Below are positions 10,001 to 18,913 of a stretch of 64,000 nt of DNA, one piece after another. How positions within the stretch are numbered: position 1 is the stretch's first letter; every line of letters begins with the position of its first letter. The stretch spans positions 16,259 to 80,258 of the forward strand of contig JBGCFM010000074.1 in assembly GCA_045106895.1 (NCBI GenBank), given 5' to 3'. This DNA comes from Polyangiales bacterium (GTDB lineage: Bacteria > Myxococcota_A > Polyangia > Polyangiales > Houyiibacteriaceae). The position numbers and the translations under genes were made by a program. The notes under the pieces were generated by a model. The model was not told the DNA's origin, did not search any database, and saw only the letters and a list, made by a program, of their open reading frames with translations.

Positions 10001-11193
10001 CTGCAGTGCGTATTCGAGAGGCACTCGACGGTTGTAACCGTGACGGTTCCTTCGTCGCAGAGCGGAATCGTCGGATGGTCGTCGCACATTCGGTAGGTCA
10101 AGACTTGAACGCCGACCACATCGGGAGCCGGCGGCGTCACATCAATGGAGCCCGCGGGTGCGCCGCCGCTTGGGGCTGCAGCAGAACCCATGGCGGGTGG
10201 CGCGACGATGGTGATGCTGTCCGCGTCGAAGCCGTTTCCGTTGGGATCCGAGAAGCCACTGGTGACAACGACGTTTGCGTCGCCGGTTCCGCGCGCTCGG
10301 GTCTGTTCGTGGTTGGCGACGGTTGGCGCCTGGTTGCATGTGCTCAGACCGAAGGGACCGGTAAGCTCATACTGCGCGCCGGGCTGCGAGAAGCCGTAGA
10401 AGCCAAGCTCGCCCTCTGGAAATGTTCCGACATAGCCAGCCTGTTCCGGCGTAACGAGGAACTCCGTGACGAGTGGTGTGGCCGGATCTGTGAGCGGAGC
10501 GATGCGAACCGTCAGCAACGTCGGCGTGTATGAAATGACAACCGTGTAGTCGGTGTTGTCGGCCCAGCCAGTTGTTCCAAGTGTGGCGGCGCGGGCGACT
10601 TCCGTCACTGGGCCGGTGTGGCCCCAAAAGTTGGTGGCGGTGGGGATACCCTGCACGCGCGAGAGCGCCATACCTGCAAGCCCTAGTGCGCTAAAGGCTG
10701 TTTGATCGGCTTGTTTCCAATCGAGGAGCAGGTAGTCCGCCATCGCGTCCGTCTCGTCTCCAGCCTCGAACCCCAAGACGAAACCAACAAAGTCATCGTC
10801 GGATGCGGTCGCTACGCGAAAACGAAAGGAGTACGTCGAGGCGAAGCCTTCTGCGAGGATCAAGCCCACGGTGCCGCTGCCCGTGTTTGCGCTCTGCTGT
10901 CCCTGACGCCCACCGTTGCTCACGACCCAATTCGCGTTCGCGCCGGCGTAGTTCCTTTCGCCGACGCCCGTGAAACTCACCGGCCGGTCACAGCTCCAAC
11001 CGCTCTCGATGGCGCACGAGGTATCGCAACCGTCGCCGTCTATCGCGTTGTCGTCGTCGCACCCTTCGGTGGTGTCGACGACGCCATCGGGCGCTCCTCC
11101 GACACACTGAGCCGACGCATTCGCCGCTCCAAAGACGCTCGTGAACGCGACAAGCGCGGCGAGACTGAATAAGCGAGGAAGAGAGGACGTCAT
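7036..11193 (-). CDS. Large cell-surface protein: signal peptide, thrombospondin C-terminal (TSP_C)-like lectin domain, Ig-like domain, Cys-rich repeats (17 CG[DN]G..E.CDD DUF4215-type), MYXO-CTERM anchor
   Basis: DDDFVGFVLGF...LDWKQADQ; repeated CGDG....EXCDDGN...DGC; C-terminus GG..CS...hydrophobic-RRRRR. Confidence 0.85.
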   Translation of the reverse strand: MTSSLPRLFSLAALVAFTSVFGAANASAQCVGGAPDGVVDTTEGCDDDNAIDGDGCDTSCAIESGWSCDRPVSFTGVGERNYAGANANWVVSNGGRQGQQSANTGSGTVGLILAEGFASTYSFRFRVATASDDDFVGFVLGFEAGDETDAMADYLLLDWKQADQTAFSALGLAGMALSRVQGIPTATNFWGHTGPVTEVARAATLGTTGWADNTDYTVVISYTPTLLTVRIAPLTDPATPLVTEFLVTPEQAGYVGTFPEGELGFYGFSQPGAQYELTGPFGLSTCNQAPTVANHEQTRARGTGDANVVVTSGFSDPNGNGFDADSITIVAPPAMGSAAAPSGGAPAGSIDVTPPAPDVVGVQVLTYRMCDDHPTIPLCDEGTVTVTTVECLSNTHCSGASPLCDVATNTCVECLGASDCDDSNECTEDTCAANACVNTADAVGTACAGGVCDGSAPPMCVECVADAQCSGSTPLCDTASSMCVACLGASDCADGNECTQDVCAAGICSNPVEAPGVACTGGFCDAAAMCEPTCGDGMQVGAEMCDDGNTISGDGCSAICQPEGGFMCTGMPSVCEAVCGDGTLAGSEACDDGGTMDNDGCSAMCTIEPGYVCNGMPAVCDEVCGDGIQTINEMCDDGNTATGDGCDDSCTPERGFVCTMGTSAITPSLCSTDCGDGVIAGDEMCDDGNRLPLDGCSASCNPEFGWNCMDEPSACAAVCGDGYAVPGQEACDDGNLASGDGCTDMCVVESGYGCTGRPSVCDPLCGDGLITGGEDCDDGNMMSGDGCNDVCQTETGYTCDEIPSTCALNCGNGMLDVGELCDDGNTDAGDGCDNVCVTEPGYMCGGEPSTCATVCGDGLLSGAETCDDTNAEDGDGCSATCEIEPGFGCTSVPSFCLPECGDGLQTGAETCDDGNLTPRDGCDAFCVLEAGWMCSAGTGTEDPSTCDPTCGDGLVRGAEQCDDSNLESADGCDAMCMEETGWACTGEASVCVDLCGNGMLDAGEECDDGGQFPGDGCDDTCEIESGFACDGAPSTCGPTCGDGTIVGGEQCDDGNLVANDGCSDTCAIEEGYICDGALSSCAAVCGDSFQVPGVETCDDGNTESGDGCSELCMQESGYACSYGSGEGMASVCTTVCGDGLTIMPAEQCDDANRFNGDGCDSTCQGEDGFECLDNMPMSACFAVCGDGAIVGMEACDDGNLINGDGCTAGCMIEPGFTCTDDPSTCAAVCGNGEVQAGEACDDGNLTDGDGCSVTCMLESGWMCTDDSPSVCTQSCGDGVVMGTEGCDDGNMTAGDGCSPGCTIEVGFECSGMPSDCVSTVECMNDDACDDGFMCGETGVCEPISMSGGLAGGAPCSISNTSGGNELPWLLVMTMGVAVTLRRRRR

Positions 11194-11275
11194 TTGTGAC
11201 TCACAAGGGGTTGCAGAAGGTTGCTGAAGACCGCGAAATCGGCCTTCTAAAGTTGAAGGCGGAGCCGCCGTAGGC

Positions 11276-11291
11276 TGCACAGGGCATGCCA
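11276..11291 (-). promoter_or_regulatory. Putative sigma-54 promoter of the Cys-rich surface protein gene
   Basis: Minus strand TGGCATGCCCTGTGCA = GG-N10-GC, close to TGGCACG-N4-TTGCW, about 83 nt upstream of ATG 11193. Confidence 0.5.
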
Positions 11292-11388
11292 TGCAAAACG
11301 TCCTTGATGTAGGATCCCACAGGCAGGGGATATGTAGAGAAGAGCCTACGGTCGTCGGCTCTTGCCCACGGTCTTGAGCCGAAGGGAG

Positions 11389-14349
11389 CTACTCGAAGAG
11401 CAAGGCGGCATCGCGATGCGACTCGTGCACGGCCACCGGATGCACTTCTTCGAGGGGGAGGGGCGACCCGCTGAGGTCGGTGTAGGACAACTCGCAGCTT
11501 TTCTGGCTGGCCTTGCCCACGCTGATGACAGCACGGACGCCATAGCCCCAGTAGCATCGGTCCAGAGCGCCGATGGACTCCTTCGCTCCGAAGTTCCGCC
11601 AAGCGAGCTTCGCCGCGCGACGTCGTAGCTTGTCGAAGGGCGTAGTGGCCGAAGCGTCGAGCCGGGGCGACTGGCGCGCGAGCTGTTCGAAGGGCTGCGA
11701 GAGCTCGTGGTCCGCGAAGTAATCGGCCCAGACCTGAAGGGTTGACGCGTCGAGCTCCGCCACGTGGGCGATGCGAACCGATGTCTCCTCCGCCAGCTTT
11801 CGTGTTTCGAGATCCGCCAGGACGTAACGATCATCCTCCGCGACACCGAGTTCGTCGCCAAACCAACAGAGCAATCTCTCCGTTGCTTGACGAAAAAGGT
11901 CGCAGCCGCCGCGTTCGGCGGCGAAGCGCGTGCCGGTCCATCGGCGCCCAAGCACCATCGCTTCTTCAAGCTGGACAGCGCTCTCCTTCTTGGCCGAACG
12001 TGCAGCGCTCCGAAACTCCTTCAGGAGCTTTCGTGCACTTGTTGCGTCCTTCGGCAAGCTCCGCCGACGGACGCCGTCCACTTCGATGGATACCTCACCA
12101 CCGACGAGGGAGAGCTTCACTTCACCCGCCTTCGTGTCGATGGAGACATCGCTGGGTTGTGTGGGCATGACGGCGGCGACGAAAGGATCAAGCCGGCTCA
12201 TGTAGGCAAGCGGCGCGACCTTGTGTGCTTCCGCCCGAGTCGCCAGCCGCCGCCACGCCTCGCGTTGAATCGAGGGCGCCGTGGCGTGACGCGTCCAGTA
12301 ATGTAGCCACGCGTCGGCTTCCGCCGTGTTCAGCTGCCAGAGCGTGGCCATAAGCCATTTGCCGATTTGAAAGCCATAAGGCTGGAGCTCCTCCGGCGTT
12401 CGGCCAAAACGAAGCAAGGTGCTCACTCGGCCGACCCAGCCGACCTGGAAGAGGTCCGCGCGCCGGCTGATATCCCCGATATTCTCCAGATAGGAGTCGA
12501 GGAGTCTCTCGGACAAAGCCGCAGCGTCATCGGCGTCGAGCAGAGGCACCAAGCGCATCAACGTGGCGGAAGTGAATGAGCCATCTTCGGTTCTGAGCGC
12601 GGCGACCACGGCGCTGGCGCGAAGCTCCGCGCCCTCGACGTCGCGAATCGTTCCCCATTCCGCCCCGGACTCGTCGCTTGCGAAAGGCGCGAGCAACTCC
12701 GCGGCGCTGACTTCGGGCGCACTTTGGCCCGCGTCGAGGGCGGCGATGTCGCGAACCGAGCGGTCCGCGTCGGACACGAACTTCGCAAGCAGTTTCCGCG
12801 CAGCCTCACACTGGATGGAACTCGCGAGCGTTGCTCCCAAGACCCGCCGCGCTGAGTCCGGTGTTCCTAAGAGCTCCGCGCACGTAGCCACCAGCTCCGC
12901 CGTATGCTCCACATTTTCCGTGGCGATGGAACGGATCGACTTGTCCGGACTAAGCAAGAGCGCCCGCCACACCTCTTGGGTACCCACCTTCTTCTCATGA
13001 ACCGCCCGTACCAACTCCAGCCGATGGGGCGCAGAGGCCAAGCGCTCCACGAAGCTCGGCGCGCGAGCGACGTCGAGAGCGACCAGCGCTTCGATGATGT
13101 AGTACGCGTTCCGCGCGCGAGGGATCACGCAGAAGGTGCTGAACAAAGCGGACCTGAGTTCTGTATCGCCCGGGCGTGCACGCGCGATCGCGCCCGGAGC
13201 TCGAAAGAAGCGCTGCGGCTCGTTCGCGAAGCGAGCCGCGGCGACTTGCCAGACGGGGCTGCCGAGCTGCTCGTATGCATCGACCCAGTATTCCAGAGTC
13301 TTGACGTCATGCTTGGAGGTCACCTCGTCCAAATTCACTTCGGCGACTTGTTCGGCCGAGTCGACGTGCTCGAGGAGCTCTTGCGCCGTGACGCGTATCG
13401 CCTTCTTACGTGCTTTCGTCGCGACCTGGAGCGCCGGCTTTGCCGCGACGCCTAGGTTGAGGAGGTTGAGCTTTGCGACCTCTCGCACCGTCTTGCGCGT
13501 GTCGCCGAGCAACGCCACGTTCGCCTCTGCGAAGATAGGCCGGTTCAATCGACCGAGGGCTTCGGCGATGAGGAGCGTGTGAGCAGCTCCCTTCAACGTC
13601 GGCATGAGCGCGATCAACTCGGCGGCATACCGACGGCCCACGTTCTGCCACGCGTCCCGCCACAGGCGCTTCGTGAGCTCGCTGTGGAGGTTCGCCGCCA
13701 TGAACACGTCCCACGCGCTGGCGACGGCGTCGGCGCTCGCGAATTGTAGAAGGGAGTGGGCGCGGATGAACGTGCCGTCCGCCGCCAAGACGGCTTCGTC
13801 GACGATGTGTTCGCTGCGCGAGCTTCCAAGACGGTTGAGGCACGCCTCGCTCAATCCAAGAGAATCCGGGTCCACGTATCCGGTGCCAGGCCACGGCGCG
13901 CTCAACGCATCGACCCACACGCCGTCGACCCAAGCGGGTGTCTCTGCGCGGGCCAAGGTTAGAAAAGGGGCGTAGTGGCGCGCCGCGACCTCGGGTTGGC
14001 GTGCCGCGATCTCCATGACCTGCTCCGCTTCGAGCTCCACGAGCTCTTTGGCCTCCTCAGCGATGAACTTCGCTTTGGGCTTACTCGCGAGGAGCGCCGC
14101 GCAGCGTTCCGCCGCGCTCAGATGCTCAAAGAAGGCCGCCACGCGCCAGTAACGCACCTCGCTGTCGAGGCTCTTCAGTATGTCGAGGACGTGCCCTCGC
14201 CAGACCGCTTGCGGCATCGCCGCGATGACTCCTTCTAAATTTACCAGGGACTCGCCAGCTGCGAAGAGTCGAGCGATGGCCACCCTCTCGGCGCCGGACG
14301 GCACCCACTGCGGGTCGAGAGCGAGCTGTCGGAGGGTGCGCGCGTTCAT
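11389..14349 (-). CDS. DUF4132 domain protein with HEAT-like repeats (divergent)
   Basis: C-terminal LEEAMVLGRRW..., VRIAHVAEL...WADYFADHELSQPFEQLAR. Confidence 0.8.
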   Translation of the reverse strand: MNARTLRQLALDPQWVPSGAERVAIARLFAAGESLVNLEGVIAAMPQAVWRGHVLDILKSLDSEVRYWRVAAFFEHLSAAERCAALLASKPKAKFIAEEAKELVELEAEQVMEIAARQPEVAARHYAPFLTLARAETPAWVDGVWVDALSAPWPGTGYVDPDSLGLSEACLNRLGSSRSEHIVDEAVLAADGTFIRAHSLLQFASADAVASAWDVFMAANLHSELTKRLWRDAWQNVGRRYAAELIALMPTLKGAAHTLLIAEALGRLNRPIFAEANVALLGDTRKTVREVAKLNLLNLGVAAKPALQVATKARKKAIRVTAQELLEHVDSAEQVAEVNLDEVTSKHDVKTLEYWVDAYEQLGSPVWQVAAARFANEPQRFFRAPGAIARARPGDTELRSALFSTFCVIPRARNAYYIIEALVALDVARAPSFVERLASAPHRLELVRAVHEKKVGTQEVWRALLLSPDKSIRSIATENVEHTAELVATCAELLGTPDSARRVLGATLASSIQCEAARKLLAKFVSDADRSVRDIAALDAGQSAPEVSAAELLAPFASDESGAEWGTIRDVEGAELRASAVVAALRTEDGSFTSATLMRLVPLLDADDAAALSERLLDSYLENIGDISRRADLFQVGWVGRVSTLLRFGRTPEELQPYGFQIGKWLMATLWQLNTAEADAWLHYWTRHATAPSIQREAWRRLATRAEAHKVAPLAYMSRLDPFVAAVMPTQPSDVSIDTKAGEVKLSLVGGEVSIEVDGVRRRSLPKDATSARKLLKEFRSAARSAKKESAVQLEEAMVLGRRWTGTRFAAERGGCDLFRQATERLLCWFGDELGVAEDDRYVLADLETRKLAEETSVRIAHVAELDASTLQVWADYFADHELSQPFEQLARQSPRLDASATTPFDKLRRRAAKLAWRNFGAKESIGALDRCYWGYGVRAVISVGKASQKSCELSYTDLSGSPLPLEEVHPVAVHESHRDAALLFE

Positions 14350-14535
14350 CGTCGGCTAGCGGCCACAGGAGGCCAGGTGTTAGACCTGTACCACGATTCA
14401 CGAAGGCTCATGGACATCCGCCTGTGACTATTAGGTATGGTTGCCGCATCGAATCATTCATAGTGGCGCCGAACGCGGACCACGAACTGCGCCAGCTCTC
14501 TTGGCCGTCGCTGCTCCCACCCGAAAGACTTACTC

Positions 14536-15303
14536 ATGCTTCTCGTCGTCGATGTTGGAAACACTCATACCGTCGTCGGTCTCTATGATGGAGAGCGGCT
14601 CGCCCACGACTTCCGCATTGAGACCTCGCGCGACCGAACCACGGACGAGTTTCATGTTCTCCTCGCGAGCTTGCTTCAGATCGTCGGCATCGAGCGCAGC
14701 GGTGTTCGCGCCAGCATCCTCGCGTCGGTGGTCCCGGCGGTTACGGACGTCGTCGTCGAGGCCATCGACCGCGCCTTCGATCTTGAGACCCTTGTCGTCG
14801 CGCCGGGGATCAAAACCGGCATCCGGCTTCACTACGACAACCCCAAAGAGGTTGGAGCAGACCGCATCGTCAACGCCGTCGCCGCCTTCGAGCGCGTCAA
14901 AGGCGCCGTCATCGTGGTGGACTTTGGGACCGCGACGACCTTTGATTGTATCTCCGCGACCGGTGACTACTTAGGTGGCGCCATCGCTCCTGGCATGGTC
15001 ATCAGCGCGTCGGCGCTCTTCTCTCGCGCGGCGCGTCTGCCCTTCGCGGAGATCGCCAGGCCGCCCAAAGCCATCGGCCGAAACACCGTTCACTCCATGC
15101 AGTCCGGCATCGTCTACGGCTATGTTGGGCTCGTCGATGGCATGGTGGCGCGTCTCAAGAAAGAGATGCAGGGAGAAGTCAGCGTGCTGGCGACGGGGGG
15201 CCTCGCGTCGCTCATCGAACCGGACAGCGAGACCATCGAATCCATCGACGAGTACCTCACCCTCGATGGCCTGCGCTTGCTGTGGCAGCGCAACCAAAGC
15301 TAG
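14536..15303 (+). CDS. coaX: Type III pantothenate kinase
   Basis: MLLVVDVGNT, ASVVP, EVGADR, VDFGTATT, ATGG. Confidence 0.97.
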   Translation: MLLVVDVGNTHTVVGLYDGERLAHDFRIETSRDRTTDEFHVLLASLLQIVGIERSGVRASILASVVPAVTDVVVEAIDRAFDLETLVVAPGIKTGIRLHYDNPKEVGADRIVNAVAAFERVKGAVIVVDFGTATTFDCISATGDYLGGAIAPGMVISASALFSRAARLPFAEIARPPKAIGRNTVHSMQSGIVYGYVGLVDGMVARLKKEMQGEVSVLATGGLASLIEPDSETIESIDEYLTLDGLRLLWQRNQS

Positions 15304-15312
15304 CGGCAGACG

Positions 15313-16719
15313 TCAGCTACGACGGCGACGGCGGCGCCGAGCGCGCCGTGGCGTCTCTTCAATGGTCGCCTCCGGTGAGGCGGCCCACTCGGGAACCTCC
15401 TCGCCGCGTGCTTCTCGGTCGATGGCGTAAAGACGAGCCGCTTCGTAGAAGAAGTCACGCCGGGCGAGCCCACCCACCTTCCCTGCGCGCAGGCGACGCT
15501 GGGCGACAACGATGAGACGAATCCGGTCTTTGATGCGGCGCGGAATCGCCAAACGGTAGGCGAGCTCGTCGAAGAATTCGTCGAAGGCCTCGCCGAGGTC
15601 GTTGGCGCCTTCGAGATATTCTTCGATGGGCCCGAGGAGCAGCGTTGCGTAGAGCAGCGTGTCGGTGAGCTTTTCGTCGCTCGCCGTCAGACGGTCGATG
15701 ACGGCCAAGCGGTGCCAGACCAAGTCGCAGTCTTCCGCGTCGTCATCCAGGAAGCTGGCCACTTCGGGCAAGAGCTCGGCGAGAATGCCAAGGTCCCACA
15801 TGAGGTAGACAGAGCGGTGTCCGGCGCCACCCCGCAGGAGGCGAAGGATCTCTTCAAAGAGGCGCGGGCGCGCAGCCCGCGAGAGCTCCGTGCGAAAGTC
15901 CGACATCGCGTCGTACATCTCGACATCGATGCCCATGTCGATGCGTGCGCTGAACTTGATGGCGCGGAGTATCCGCACCGGGTCCTCGCGGAAACGCTGA
16001 TCGGGGTCACCGATGGTGCGCAGAGTCTTCGTGCTCAAGTCCGCCATGCCGCCAACGAAGTCGATGACCTCGCGTCGTTGCATGTCGTAGAAGAGACCGT
16101 TGATGGTGAAGTCGCGCCGGATCGCATCTTCGTAAGGCAGACCGAAGACGTTGTCGTTCTTGATGAGGAGGTCTTGCTCATCATCGGTTCGGATGGGCGC
16201 GAGGACGACGGGCGCCGGCATGTCCGAGCGCGCACCTTCCGGCAGCTCCTTATAAGGAGTGATGTTGATGTGCTGAGTCGGGTCTTTGCGGAAAGTAGCG
16301 ACCTCGATGATCTTGCCACCCGCAAAGAGAATATGAGCGAGGCGGAAACGACGGCCGATGACGCGGCAGTTACGGAAGAGCCGCCGCACCTCCGTCGGCT
16401 TGGCGCTCGTGGCGACGTCGAAGTCCTTGGGATGTCGGCCGAGAAGCAGGTCACGAACGCCGCCGCCCACGAGGTACGCTTCGTGGCCGTAACGCGTCAG
16501 ACGCGAGATGACTTTGACGGCATCATGATCGAGGTGCTCGCTGGGAAGCTCCACAGGGAAGATCGCTGGGCTCGGCCCCTCAAAACGAGGGCCCTCATCC
16601 GCGGACGGATCGAGCTCCGGCATCGAATCGTCTTCTTCTTCAAAACGACGCCGGCGCCTACGGGCTCGGCGTGGGCGGGCTTCTTTCGGAGCGCTTTTGT
16701 CGGTTTTGTCGGATGACAT
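15313..16719 (-). CDS. pcnB: Poly(A) polymerase I
   Basis: LVGGGVRDLLLGRHPKDFDV, PAP signature VIGRRFRLAH, RRDFTIN, FREDPVRILR. Confidence 0.93.
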   Translation of the reverse strand: MSSDKTDKSAPKEARPRRARRRRRRFEEEDDSMPELDPSADEGPRFEGPSPAIFPVELPSEHLDHDAVKVISRLTRYGHEAYLVGGGVRDLLLGRHPKDFDVATSAKPTEVRRLFRNCRVIGRRFRLAHILFAGGKIIEVATFRKDPTQHINITPYKELPEGARSDMPAPVVLAPIRTDDEQDLLIKNDNVFGLPYEDAIRRDFTINGLFYDMQRREVIDFVGGMADLSTKTLRTIGDPDQRFREDPVRILRAIKFSARIDMGIDVEMYDAMSDFRTELSRAARPRLFEEILRLLRGGAGHRSVYLMWDLGILAELLPEVASFLDDDAEDCDLVWHRLAVIDRLTASDEKLTDTLLYATLLLGPIEEYLEGANDLGEAFDEFFDELAYRLAIPRRIKDRIRLIVVAQRRLRAGKVGGLARRDFFYEAARLYAIDREARGEEVPEWAASPEATIEETPRRARRRRRRRS

Positions 16720-16818
16720 GAGAAAATTCGAAGAAGAAGGAGCGAGGCTCGCCCGGCGGAGTAGCGCTTTGACGCCTCACCGGCAACGTTTGCCTCGAAC
16801 GCTGATACACTCGGCGCC

Positions 16819-17886
16819 GTGGACACCTCGATCTTAGCCGCTGGACAGGTACTGGTGGGGGGCTTTTCTGGTCTAAAGGTCCCGCCGAAGCTCATGGAGG
16901 CCTTCGCCGAGGGGTCTATCGGAGGGGTGACCTTCTTCTCCCGGAACATCGATACTCCTAAGCAATTACATGCACTTATCAAGGAAATAGAATGGCCTCA
17001 GGAGCGCCCTCCCCTCCTCGCCATCGACCAAGAAGGCGGACGCGTCGCACGGCTAAAAAGCCCGGTCGTGAAGCTCCCCCCAATGCGTGAGTTGGCCCAG
17101 ATCGGCGATCCGTCGCTCACCGAGCGCGCCGCGGCGCTCCTTGGAAGCCAGCTGAGAGCGATCGGGCTGACCATGAATTTTGCCCCGGTGCTCGATGTGG
17201 ACACCAATCCGGACAACCCCGTTATCGGCGATCGCTCGTTTGGAGCGAGGCCGAAGGAAGTGATCCTCCACGCGCGGGCGTTCGCGGCAGGTCTCGCCGA
17301 CGCTGGCGTGCTGAGCTGCGGAAAGCACTTCCCCGGACATGGCGACACGCTCCTGGACAGTCACCTCGCGCTTCCAACGGTGAAGCACACGCTGGCGCGC
17401 TTGGAAGCCGTAGAGCTACTACCCTTTCGACAGGCCCTCGATTTTCCCGCGTTCATGACCGCACACGTGGTTTTCCCGGAGCTGGACGCGCACCGACCAG
17501 CGACGCTTTCGCCACACGTTGTCGGCGACCTCCTTCGGCACGACATGGGGTACGAAGGAGTCATCATCAGTGACGACCTGGAGATGAAAGCTGTCGCCAA
17601 AATGTACAGCATCGCTGAGTCCGCGATCCTCGCCATCGAAGCCGGGTGCGACGTTCTCCTCGTGTGCTCCGACACCGACGCGCTCTTTGACGCCCGCGAA
17701 GAGCTGGCGGCGAGGGCGAGGCGGGACGTTGCTTTTCGCACGCGACTCGATGACGCCGCGGAGCGCTCACTTCGCCTGCGACGGAGCGCGCCTCCGACGC
17801 CAGCACCGAACTTGAGTGGAGTCTTCGACGCCAGCACCCTGTTTGAGCGCGAACTCGAAACCCACCTTGGACAGCGCCATGCTTGA
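16819..17886 (+). CDS. nagZ: Beta-N-acetylhexosaminidase (GH3)
   Basis: IDQEGGRV, KHFPGHGDTLLDSH, SDDLEM. Confidence 0.95.
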   Translation: MDTSILAAGQVLVGGFSGLKVPPKLMEAFAEGSIGGVTFFSRNIDTPKQLHALIKEIEWPQERPPLLAIDQEGGRVARLKSPVVKLPPMRELAQIGDPSLTERAAALLGSQLRAIGLTMNFAPVLDVDTNPDNPVIGDRSFGARPKEVILHARAFAAGLADAGVLSCGKHFPGHGDTLLDSHLALPTVKHTLARLEAVELLPFRQALDFPAFMTAHVVFPELDAHRPATLSPHVVGDLLRHDMGYEGVIISDDLEMKAVAKMYSIAESAILAIEAGCDVLLVCSDTDALFDAREELAARARRDVAFRTRLDDAAERSLRLRRSAPPTPAPNLSGVFDASTLFERELETHLGQRHA

Positions 17887-18853
17887 CGATCCCCCGAGCA
17901 CGGCACTCGGCCCCAAAGGCTTTCGCTTCGGTCGCTACCGCGGTCCCATCGACACGCCTGATTTTGAGCTCGGACTTCGATGGCGCGGACGCCTTAAGGA
18001 GTGGCACTACACTTCCGTATCCGCACCGCGCATGTTCTTGGCGTTCGGCGTCGTTCGTCTTGGCTACGCCACCAACGTCTTCCTCTATTGGGTGGACCAT
18101 GAACGCGAAGGCGACGCCTTCGTCATCGACGCGATGTCCACGGGCTCGCGCGGCGTGTCTTTTTCCGAGAGCTCCACGCGCGGCGAGACGTCCTGGCGGA
18201 AAGGCGGCGCCGAGCTTCGCATCACTTACGAGCCCCGCTTGATGCGCATTCACGCCGACGTTGTCGCTCGAGGAGAGCGGCTTCGCGCAGATCTTGTGGT
18301 GGAAGCCGGGGACAGCCTTGGACTACTCCACGACCTCGGAAAGCAGCGCCCCGCGTACACGCACAAAGCCGCAGGCTTGCGCGCGCGCGGAAGTGTTCGA
18401 CTCGGCGACGAAGCCATCGTCGTCGATGGCAGCGCGGTCCTGGATTGGACAAGAAGCGTGGCGAGCCGGCGTACCGTGTGGAAATGGGCAAGCTTCGCAG
18501 GCCACTCCGCGGGCAGACACCTTGGACTCAACTTGTCGACGGATGTCTACGAGAACGCCGCCGGTCATGGATGCGAGAACGCGCTCTGGATCGACGGGAA
18601 GATGTCGATACTCGGCGATGTTCGCATCGAGATGCCCGCGGACCCAGGCGTCGGTGATTGGGTGATTCGAAGCACACACGGAGACGAAGTTGATCTCCAT
18701 TTTACGCCGCGAGGCGCTCGCTCGAAAGACGCGGACTACAAACTCGTCCGCTCCCGCTTCGTGCAGCCCTATGGCGTGTTCAACGGGCGAGTTGGCGGCG
18801 TCGATGTCCTCGATGTGTTTGGCGTGGTCGAGGATCACGAGTCGCTCTGGTAG
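17879..18853 (+). CDS. DUF2804 family protein
   Basis: LKEWHY, YTHK, DWTRS...TVWKWAS, ENALWIDG, SRFVQPYG, GVVEDH..W. Confidence 0.85.
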   Translation: MLDDPPSTALGPKGFRFGRYRGPIDTPDFELGLRWRGRLKEWHYTSVSAPRMFLAFGVVRLGYATNVFLYWVDHEREGDAFVIDAMSTGSRGVSFSESSTRGETSWRKGGAELRITYEPRLMRIHADVVARGERLRADLVVEAGDSLGLLHDLGKQRPAYTHKAAGLRARGSVRLGDEAIVVDGSAVLDWTRSVASRRTVWKWASFAGHSAGRHLGLNLSTDVYENAAGHGCENALWIDGKMSILGDVRIEMPADPGVGDWVIRSTHGDEVDLHFTPRGARSKDADYKLVRSRFVQPYGVFNGRVGGVDVLDVFGVVEDHESLW

Positions 18854-18913
18854 CTCTGCTCGTCCGTCCATGAAGCACAAGCCCGCAAGCCAGACTTGTG
18901 CTGCCCCGAAACG

